Below are positions 17,381 to 24,935 of a stretch of 64,000 bases of DNA, one piece after another. Under the pieces are notes generated by a model. It had not been told where the DNA came from, ran no database searches, and was given only the letters and a program-made list of their open reading frames with translations. Made by a program: the position numbers and the translations under genes. How positions within the stretch are numbered: the first letter of the stretch is position 1; each line of letters begins with the position of its first letter. This DNA is from Blastocatellia bacterium AA13 (GTDB lineage: Bacteria > Acidobacteriota > Blastocatellia > UBA7656), in NCBI GenBank assembly GCA_003222245.1, contig QHVH01000004.1:67441-131440 (forward strand), in the 5' to 3' direction.

Positions 17381-19075
17381 ATGTTTACTAGAAAACATAA
17401 AAAGACCGGGGAACGGGATTCCGAACAGGGCTCCGCATCGCGCTCCGAAGCCGTTCAATCAAATCCCATACTCGCGTTGCAGCAAACCGCGGGCAATCAA
17501 GCGGTGCAGAGGCTCCTTGCGGGCCCGAATGACGAAACCGCCCAGACGGTCGATGGAAGCTCGGCTAGTTTGCAGCCGATGCGTTCCGGCCTTGTCGGAC
17601 CTGAATCCAATGCGGCGCCGCCTATAGTTCACGAAGTATTGCAGTCTGCCGGCGAGCCGTTGAACGAGTCCGCGCGGGAATATATGGAGCCGCGCTTCGG
17701 CCACGACTTCAGCCAGGTGCGGATTCACACGAATTCGCAAGCAACCGAGTCCGCGCGAGCCATCAACGCGAACGCCTACACAGTTGGACGTCACGTCATC
17801 CTCGATCGAAATAAGAACCCCGAAGGCTCGGCGGCCGAGCAGCAGGTGCTCGCGCACGAGCTGGCTCACGTAGTCCAACAGAAGGGGGCTGCTCCAGGAC
17901 CGAAGCTCACAATAGGCGCTGCCGGCAATGCAGCCGAGCGTGAAGCGGATACCGCCGCGGATAAAGTCACCGGCGGCTCCAAAGCGGCTCCCCGAGCCGG
18001 TTCGAGCGCGCAATCCGGGGAAGTTCAACGGGACGGCCCCGATAAGACGCCGACTCCTCCGCGCACTCCATACGACAAAATGATCGTCGCGCGAGCGAAG
18101 AAGCGGCTCGAGCTGCTGAACCAGTACGTCACCGAATACACGATCCGCGAGGCGCGGCGGCTTCGGTCGAAATCGGAGCTCAATACAACTCTCGACAAAC
18201 GGGAGAAGATGGATACCGAAGGCGACAACCCCTTCGAGGAATTCGAACAGCGCGGAAAAATGGAGAAGCAGCGAATGGCTGCTCTGAACAAACGGCCCCT
18301 CGATATCGAGATCACGGAGACCGATGTCAAAATCAAGGTCAAGTTTCAGGTTCGCTTCGAAGACCCGACTCAAGATTCAAGATTCAGCGAAGTGAAATCC
18401 GGCCTCGAGAAAGGCATCGATCAAATATGGAACCAGACCCTGAAAGGCGATGTCTTCGGCGGGCGCACATTCACGGTTGAGCCGGACATCGTGAAGATGG
18501 GGCCGAAGGATGGCCGAGACTTGAATCGATGGCTGGTCACCGTGCGTCCTACCGACTCCAGTCCGGTCGCCTATCCCGGTTGCACGCTCGATCAACCTCC
18601 GCCGGGCACGCCTACCTCGGTTACCGATCCGGGATGTGACGGCGGCGTGATGAGCATCCCGCCTTCGCATATCACGAAGCCGGATATACTCGGCCACGAG
18701 CTGCTTCATCTGTTCGGCTTCGTAGACCGTTACATCATGCAGACTATAGTCATACCGGGAAGAAAGCCTCGGACGGTTACTCAATCGACTCGGAAAACGG
18801 GCGGCCGCCCCGATCCGCTGGGATCTGAATCCGGCAAGGTTCTCTCCGAAGACATAGCATTTCTGTTCGACAATCTGGGCGTCTATCAAATGGAGCAGAG
18901 CCGCGGGCTCGAGACCCTGCGTTCGCTGGAAAAACAAGGCCTCAGCTTTGCCGCCGTTCAAGGAGAGATACATCGGCAAGAAGAGATCATTCAGACGGGC
19001 CGCGACCCTCATTCGCTCATCCGGATACGCCCGAACTTCAACGACGTGATGATCAAAGAAGCGGAAGATCTATGA
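17381..19075 (+). CDS. eCIS-associated putative toxin: DUF4157 (HExxH) domain protein with a C-terminal second metallopeptidase-like domain
   Basis: The DUF4157 signature is LQSAGEPLNESAREYMEPRFGHDFSQVRIHTNSQATESARAINANAYTVGRHVIL...QQVLAHELAHVVQQ. The N-terminal motif is NPILALQQTAGNQAVQRLL. The C-terminus carries ILGHELLHLFGFVDRY. Confidence 0.8.
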   Translation: MFTRKHKKTGERDSEQGSASRSEAVQSNPILALQQTAGNQAVQRLLAGPNDETAQTVDGSSASLQPMRSGLVGPESNAAPPIVHEVLQSAGEPLNESAREYMEPRFGHDFSQVRIHTNSQATESARAINANAYTVGRHVILDRNKNPEGSAAEQQVLAHELAHVVQQKGAAPGPKLTIGAAGNAAEREADTAADKVTGGSKAAPRAGSSAQSGEVQRDGPDKTPTPPRTPYDKMIVARAKKRLELLNQYVTEYTIREARRLRSKSELNTTLDKREKMDTEGDNPFEEFEQRGKMEKQRMAALNKRPLDIEITETDVKIKVKFQVRFEDPTQDSRFSEVKSGLEKGIDQIWNQTLKGDVFGGRTFTVEPDIVKMGPKDGRDLNRWLVTVRPTDSSPVAYPGCTLDQPPPGTPTSVTDPGCDGGVMSIPPSHITKPDILGHELLHLFGFVDRYIMQTIVIPGRKPRTVTQSTRKTGGRPDPLGSESGKVLSEDIAFLFDNLGVYQMEQSRGLETLRSLEKQGLSFAAVQGEIHRQEEIIQTGRDPHSLIRIRPNFNDVMIKEAEDL

Positions 19076-19144
19076 TGGAATTGTCCGAGGGGCATCCGGG
19101 AATAACGCACGGTTCATTGAATGGCATTCCGAGGAACAGTGGGG

Positions 19145-19470
19145 AATTGTCCCTTCGGGACAATCAGAATTGTCCCGGAGGGACATTCGGCAATAGCCCA
19201 CCAGTTCACTGGTGGGTTCGTCGGGCAAGTTGATCGAGAAGTGCCGAAGGCACGGCTGACTTGTTGTTGTCAGAGCGCCGCAACAGGACCAGACAGATAT
19301 TGCAGATCATTGATGTGGTTGTCCCGAAGGGACAATCGGCAATAGCCCACCAGTTCACTGGTGGGTTCGTCGGGTAATTTGATCCGAGAGGCGCCGAAGG
19401 CACGGCTGACTTGTTGTTTCAGAGCGCCGCAACAGGACCACATACATATTGCAGATTTCTGATATGGTTC
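19145..19470. repeat. two tandem copies of a roughly 149-bp repeat, plus flanking partial copies, rich in perfect palindromes
   Basis: Unit 1 spans about 19169-19318 and unit 2 about 19318-19468, with roughly 90% identity. Each unit contains tgtcccNNNNgggaca, cccaccagttcactggtggg and gccgaaggcacggc hairpins. The tgtccc..gggaca motif recurs at 19149 and 19500. Confidence 0.8.
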
Positions 19471-19565
19471 AAAGCCTCCACACACGAACGACATCAGCCG
19501 TCCCTTCGGGACTAGATCGCCGCAGCGCTCTGGGACCCACCGATGAATCGGTGGGCTACGTTGGA

Positions 19566-19623
19566 CAATCCCTACGGGATTCACAATCCCTACGGGATTG
19601 ACAACGATCTCTACGGGATCGTA
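19566..19623. promoter_or_regulatory. candidate operator: two perfect 15-bp palindromes (aatccctacgggatt) spaced 18 bp apart plus a degenerate third copy, 36-92 bp upstream of effector-2 ATG
   Basis: aatccctacgggatt occurs at 19567-19581 and 19585-19599. The degenerate copy atctctacgggatcgta is at 19607-19623. A further palindrome cccaccgatgaatcggtggg lies at 19536-19555. Confidence 0.4.
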
Positions 19624-19658
19624 CGCACTCTATTGTTGCTAGTGACCGAAGCAGGTGA

Positions 19659-21641
19659 ATGGAGAAGCAGGCTACACAAACCAATAAACAAGTCTCCGCG
19701 GCCCAGTCGCGAAGCGCCAACGGACAGCTCGCTCCTGAACTCATCTCGAATCCCATTCTTCAACTCCAAAAAAAGGCGGGCAATCGCGCGGTGCTCAATC
19801 TGCTTGGTCCTATGGTGGAGCCCCAATCCGCGGCCGATCCGGCAAAGACCCAGCGTCCGAATCTCTCAGCCGCCGCGCTGAGCGTTCAGCGTGTCCCGAA
19901 TGGACGCGGCTCCGAAGCAAGTCCCCAGAATCAAGATTCGCATGCAGCCGCCTCGTTCATAGTTGAGGACAATGCGGAGTCGCTTGCGCACGGCCAGATG
20001 CACAAGAGCGAATTCCTCGCTCAACTTCGCGCGAGTGTCTGCCGAACCGCCGACGAAGAGTTGCAGCGAGCAGGCCAGACCGCCAAAGGCTGCCCCTATA
20101 TCGAAAAGTGGCTCGCTCATTATCGAGACAAGGATCCCGTTCATATCGAACGCGCGCTTCGCAAGTACGCTCCCGAAGCGGCGCGAGCCACGACCGCGCG
20201 AGAATACATTCCGGCGGTCGAGAACCGCGTGCGCCGTGCGATCAATAACTGGGCAAGAACCGGCGAGATCACCGGCGTTCCGGACGAGTTGAAGGGCTTG
20301 ATCCCTGGAGCGGGAGGAGGGCTCGCCGGAATGATCGGCGGCGCGGTGTCGAGTATCTTAAGCGGCATCGGCAGCGCGCTGTCCTCGGCTGCGGGAGCGA
20401 TCGGGGGTGCATTCGCGAGCATCGGACGCGCCTTGTTCAAAGGCAAAGAAGGCAGGGCTCCCGCAAACAACAGTCCTCGAAATATTCAATCGAGATTGGG
20501 GACCGGTCAGCCGCTCGAGGGAAGCGTTCGCTCGCGGATGAGCAGTGCCTTTGGGCACGACTTTTCAAACGTTCGAGTTCATACGGAAACGCATGACGCT
20601 GCTATGTCCGAGAGCCTCAACGCCAGGGCCTTTACCATCGGCAGCGACATTGCGTTCGGCCCGGGCGAGTATCAACCTGGTACGTTAGTAGGCGATGCGC
20701 TCTTGGCTCACGAGCTCGCTCACGTAGTCCAGCAGCGGAACGCTCAACCCGCCGTCGCCGCTCAAGTCGGCAATCACGCAACCGAAGTCTACGAGGCCGA
20801 AGCCGATGTCGCGGCGGCCAATGCCGTAGCCGGGCTTCACGGCCTGCGCACGGCTCGCCCGACCACATCGTTGTTGAGCGCGCCTCGTCTGCAGAGCTGC
20901 GGCAAGAAGCCGCCGCAGATTCGCGTGCCGTTCGGCGCGTCGCTCACCGAGCAGCAGGCGGATCAGCTTCTCGCAAGCGATCCCGTGATCTGGCCTCGCA
21001 TCAAGAACCGAGTCGCGAAAGGGGTCAAAGCCGAAGGGCATACGAGAGAACTGGGCTCCGAAGCATACCTGTACGCGGCGAGGGAAAAGGTGTTCAAGGA
21101 CAAGCTCAGTCTTCGACAGACTTCGTTCCAGATGATGAACGCTGGAGGCTTCGCTCAGGACGGCGAGATATACCTGCATAGGAAGGACGCCGAGATGCTG
21201 GATGTGATGGGAGGCCCCGACCGAGGGCCGGTTCCTATTCCGCCAAGCCGCCATCCGGCCACAATAGTTCACGAAGACGTCCATCTGTACGGTTCGGGCG
21301 CCTGGGTGACTAAAACAGGACGAGCGGGTAACGAAGGCACGACCGAGTACTTCACACGCCGAGTGCTTTCAAAGCAGAAGAACCCGGAAATCGAAGGCGG
21401 AGAGAAGATATTCGAGAGGGATTCGTATCCCGATGAGTACGAGGCCGTGAAGTGCCTGGCAAAGAAAGCCAATGACGAGCTTCTGGCGGACGCTTTCTTC
21501 CTCGGCACAATCGATCCGCTTAGAAAAAAAGTCGGCGAAGCCAAGTTCGATGCGTGGGCCACGGCCATGACCAACGACAATTACAACGGCGCTTACGCCG
21601 CTCTCGGCTCCAAGCCTCCCGCCAAGAAGAAAGAAGATTGA
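19659..21641 (+). CDS. eCIS-associated putative toxin 2: central DUF4157 (HExxH) domain, N-terminal glycine-zipper hydrophobic segment, C-terminal HEDVH-containing domain
   Basis: The N-terminal motif is NPILQLQKKAGNRAVLNLL. The DUF4157 region is GQPLEGSVRSRMSSAFGHDFSNVRVHTETHDAAMSESLNARAFTIGSDIAF...LLAHELAHVVQQ. The glycine-rich segment is GAGGGLAGMIGGAVSSILSGIGSALSSAAGAIGGAFASIG. The C-terminus carries TIVHEDVHLYG. Confidence 0.8.
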   Translation: MEKQATQTNKQVSAAQSRSANGQLAPELISNPILQLQKKAGNRAVLNLLGPMVEPQSAADPAKTQRPNLSAAALSVQRVPNGRGSEASPQNQDSHAAASFIVEDNAESLAHGQMHKSEFLAQLRASVCRTADEELQRAGQTAKGCPYIEKWLAHYRDKDPVHIERALRKYAPEAARATTAREYIPAVENRVRRAINNWARTGEITGVPDELKGLIPGAGGGLAGMIGGAVSSILSGIGSALSSAAGAIGGAFASIGRALFKGKEGRAPANNSPRNIQSRLGTGQPLEGSVRSRMSSAFGHDFSNVRVHTETHDAAMSESLNARAFTIGSDIAFGPGEYQPGTLVGDALLAHELAHVVQQRNAQPAVAAQVGNHATEVYEAEADVAAANAVAGLHGLRTARPTTSLLSAPRLQSCGKKPPQIRVPFGASLTEQQADQLLASDPVIWPRIKNRVAKGVKAEGHTRELGSEAYLYAAREKVFKDKLSLRQTSFQMMNAGGFAQDGEIYLHRKDAEMLDVMGGPDRGPVPIPPSRHPATIVHEDVHLYGSGAWVTKTGRAGNEGTTEYFTRRVLSKQKNPEIEGGEKIFERDSYPDEYEAVKCLAKKANDELLADAFFLGTIDPLRKKVGEAKFDAWATAMTNDNYNGAYAALGSKPPAKKKED

Positions 21642-21648
21642 GGCTCGA

Positions 21649-22926
21649 ATGACGATGCGAGGCGATAAGCTCTTCTTCAAAACGGCCGCGGCCGGACCTG
21701 GAGAGTTGTTGAACAAAGTCTGCGATGCGCTGGCGACGCCGAGGCTTCACTTTCTCGATATCGATCTGCCGGCCTACGGAGTTTTTGTTTGCCTGGGCGG
21801 CGCGGCCGGACTTGTTATGACCTTCGTGATCGCGATTAGTATTCGTCTTCCGCCGGCGCCGCTGTTTATAGCGGCCGTTGGAGGAATCTTTGTAGCGCTG
21901 ACGTTTGCATATCTGACTAAGGTAGTCACCGGAACCGAGGTATATACGTTCTATCACTATCAGATTGCCGTGCTGGCGGGCGCAGGGATGCTGCTCTGGC
22001 TTGTGGGCGAGCCGCCATTGCGAAATATAGACGTGTTGACTCTATCGTTGGGTCTGACACAGGCGATTGGCCGAATAGGATGCTTTGGTGCCGGCTGCTG
22101 TTATGGGAGACCGAGGCGCTTTGGCGTTTGCTACAACCGCCGGCATGCTTCAATCGGATTCCCGAGCTCACTTGTCGGCGTGCGGCTCTTTCCGATTCAA
22201 CTGGTCGAATCGTGTTGGATTGCAATTGTCGTTAGCAGTGGAATCCTGTCGATCGTCCGTGGCGCGGCGCCGGGTTCGGCTCTGGCGTGGTATGTCGTCC
22301 TCTACGGAAGCGGCCGATTCATTTTCGAGTTTCTGCGGCTCGACACCGGCTTTGTTCCCGGAAAATTATCCGAGGCGCAGATCACATCTCTAACTCTGAT
22401 TCTTGCGGTCGTCTGCGCGGAGTTGCGCGGGCTGCTGGTGATGGAATCCGTACACCTGATCTGCGTCGCCCTATTGATTGCGTCGGCCTGCGCGATTCGA
22501 ATGCTTCGAAAAAGAGAAATACCGTTTTCCGCGTCGCACGTGTTCGAAATCGCGGAGGCGGTTCAACGAGCCGAGCGCGATATGACTTCATCACCTGAGC
22601 TCGAACGAATCGCGGTTGAACAAACCTCGCGCGGCGTGTTGATCTCCGCGGGCAGAATTCCCAGGGGCGCTAACTCCTTCTCCCAACCGCGCGACACGAG
22701 ACACCAGATAGCGGTCACCTCTCACCTGTACCCTGTCACTCCTACCCTCTCACTTCTAACCTCTCCGGGCTCCTATTCTTCGATCTTCCACTACTGCGTC
22801 TCGGGCGCGGAGATCGGTGAACGGAGCGCCCTCGCCGTAGCCCGCTTGATAGGGCGCCTACGATGCGGAAGCGGCTCCTTTAGCCTCTTTGAGGGCGATC
22901 AAGCCTTTCACGTGATCATCGATTAG
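21649..22926 (+). CDS. Lgt-family (prolipoprotein diacylglyceryl transferase-like) polytopic membrane protein with a roughly 130-aa C-terminal extension. The signature is divergent.
   Basis: GLTQAIGRIGCFGAGCCYGRP aligns with the Lgt signature G-R-[IL]-G-N-F-x-N-x-E-x-x-G-R, with Cys at the N and E positions. It has multiple transmembrane segments. It starts 8 nt after the effector-2 stop. Confidence 0.55.
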   Translation: MTMRGDKLFFKTAAAGPGELLNKVCDALATPRLHFLDIDLPAYGVFVCLGGAAGLVMTFVIAISIRLPPAPLFIAAVGGIFVALTFAYLTKVVTGTEVYTFYHYQIAVLAGAGMLLWLVGEPPLRNIDVLTLSLGLTQAIGRIGCFGAGCCYGRPRRFGVCYNRRHASIGFPSSLVGVRLFPIQLVESCWIAIVVSSGILSIVRGAAPGSALAWYVVLYGSGRFIFEFLRLDTGFVPGKLSEAQITSLTLILAVVCAELRGLLVMESVHLICVALLIASACAIRMLRKREIPFSASHVFEIAEAVQRAERDMTSSPELERIAVEQTSRGVLISAGRIPRGANSFSQPRDTRHQIAVTSHLYPVTPTLSLLTSPGSYSSIFHYCVSGAEIGERSALAVARLIGRLRCGSGSFSLFEGDQAFHVIID

Positions 22927-23174
22927 CAGCGCGATTGGAGACCGGGCCAAGGCCGGAGCGGTCCGGTCGGCGCGTAACCCACGGGTTGCCGTCCCGCCGA
23001 ACGTCAGTGCTATGATGGTCGAACCAAATGGGGATGTCCGGCTCCTCAAACAAATACCCTGTGTGGAACCCAGTTTGGGTCGAATATCTGAGCGTATGAA
23101 TCCCGCTTCGCATTCATCCGGCAATTTTTGTGAAAGCCGTTGACTCGCGTCAAAAGGACTTTGAGGGAAACTCC

Positions 23175-24611
23175 ATGAATAGACTCATAAATCGATTCTT
23201 CTTCTCGCGCCGAGCAGGCTTGTTCTGCGCGCTGTTTTTGATATCTCTCACGGCTCACGGTCAGGATATATCCTGGCAGCAATTCCGAGGACCCGAATCA
23301 AACCCCGTGGGAGCCAACGCGCGACTTGCGGAGCGTTGGTCCAAAACTGAAAACGTGGAGTGGTCGCAAGAGATTCCGGGGCGTGGGTGGTCCTCGCCAA
23401 TCGTCGCCGGAGGCAAGGTGTACCTGACGACCGTAACAACCGACGGCAAGTCGAAGAAGCCTCAGATAGGCACGGAATATAGCAACGAGTACATCGCCGA
23501 ACTGGTAAAACAGGGACTCCCGGAGGAGGAGGTTTTGAAGCGCGTCACTGAACGCGACGTCGAGTTGCCGAATGAAGTAACGATCCACTACCTGCTCTAC
23601 TGCCTGGATCTGAAGAGCGGCAAGGCGGAATGGACAAAGGAGTTTCACACAGGCCGCCCGCCGGGAGGCCGCCATCGCAAGAATAGCTTTGTCTCGGAGA
23701 CTCCAGTGACCGATGGAAAGTTTATCTATGTCTATGTCGCGAACCTGGGGCTGTGGGCGTTCGACTTGAAAGGCAGCGTTGTCTGGACCACTCCGTTGGA
23801 AGCGAATCCGATTTACCTCGATTTCGGAACGGGCAGCTCGCCGGCCCTGTCCGGAAACCTGATGATCATCGTTAGCGATAATCAAAAGCAGCAGTACATA
23901 GCCGCTTTCGACAAGCAAACGGGCAAGCAAGTCTGGCGCGTTAATCGAGACATCGGCAGTTCTGAACCGCCAAGGCAGCGGTCAGGATGGGCGACCCCTT
24001 ACATTTGGAGGCACGCGCTGCGAACCGAAATCGTCGCGATTGGACCGGAGACCGTGGTCAGTTACGACCAGGCGGGGAAAGAGCTGTGGCGAATGGCGGG
24101 AATGGCGATGACGCCGATTCCGACGCCCTTCGCCTACGAAGGCCTCCTTTACATCAATGGAGGCCGCGGCCGTCCGTTGTTCGCGATTCGCCCCGGCGCC
24201 ACGGGCGATATTTCTCTTAAGGAGGGCCAAACCTCTAACGAATTCATCGTATGGTCGCAGGCGCGCGGGGGAACTTATTTGCCGTCGTCGCTCGCTTATG
24301 AGGGAGCCGTGTACACGCTGACCGAGACAGGAATCCTGAATCGCTTTGACGCCAAAACCGGAAAACAGACCTACAAGACGCGGATTGATCCCGCTGCAAC
24401 GGCTTTCACGACTTCGCCGTGGGCCTATAACGGAAAGTTGTTCTGCCTGAGCGAAGAGGGCCAGACGTTTGTCGTCAAAACCGGCGAGCAGTTCCAATTA
24501 CTGCACGTGAATGAGCTGGATGACATGGCGCTGGCGTCGCCGGCGCTCGTGGGTGAGCGATTGTTGATACGGACCGAACATCGGCTCTATTCGATCCGCC
24601 GCAAGGGCTAG
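23175..24611 (+). CDS. secreted PQQ-like beta-propeller repeat protein (BamB/PQQ enzyme-repeat family)
   Basis: A signal peptide is present (MNRLINRFFFSRRAGLFCALFLISLTAHGQ). Repeats of the form G.VY..T..G.L.A.D..TGK..W.. occur (GKVYLTT, GKFIYVYVANLGLWAFDLKGSVVW, AAFDKQTGKQVWR, NRFDAKTGKQTYK). Confidence 0.65.
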   Translation: MNRLINRFFFSRRAGLFCALFLISLTAHGQDISWQQFRGPESNPVGANARLAERWSKTENVEWSQEIPGRGWSSPIVAGGKVYLTTVTTDGKSKKPQIGTEYSNEYIAELVKQGLPEEEVLKRVTERDVELPNEVTIHYLLYCLDLKSGKAEWTKEFHTGRPPGGRHRKNSFVSETPVTDGKFIYVYVANLGLWAFDLKGSVVWTTPLEANPIYLDFGTGSSPALSGNLMIIVSDNQKQQYIAAFDKQTGKQVWRVNRDIGSSEPPRQRSGWATPYIWRHALRTEIVAIGPETVVSYDQAGKELWRMAGMAMTPIPTPFAYEGLLYINGGRGRPLFAIRPGATGDISLKEGQTSNEFIVWSQARGGTYLPSSLAYEGAVYTLTETGILNRFDAKTGKQTYKTRIDPAATAFTTSPWAYNGKLFCLSEEGQTFVVKTGEQFQLLHVNELDDMALASPALVGERLLIRTEHRLYSIRRKG

Positions 24612-24935
24612 CGTCCGTTAGTTAGTTTGAACTGCACGGTGAGCGCATCAATGGTCTCTTGATTGTTGTGTTGCTTGCCGTGATCTAGGCGGCGAAGCAG
24701 AGGCAGCATAAGGGTCCCACACAATGCATCGGTCACTGAAAAGGAAGGGGCGTCCACGGCGTGGAAGACGAAAGAAGAATGGGATTAGAGCAAGAAAACA
24801 AGTGCCATGACGGAGCAAAGAAAGACTAATCCTTCAATAATCTTCTTGGTTTTGCATCTAAATGGGAAACCGTTGATTTACTTAGTCTTTCAATGTAATG
24901 CCCGCGAAAATCAGCCTAGCGTCTAAATGAGAACT

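Noticed and set aside
19543-19881. 112-aa ORF spanning the palindromic repeats and the start of effector 2, with 19121-19345 similar
   Set aside because: It lies on tandem repeat and operator sequence and overlaps the well-supported effector-2 start. It is better explained as an artefact of repeat structure.
22930-23174. Possible tRNA or small RNA in the 245-nt gap before the PQQ gene
   Set aside because: Only short inverted repeats are seen (atgaat..attcat; ttgac-tcgc-gtcaa), and no cloverleaf can be built. It is more likely a promoter or operator region for the PQQ gene.
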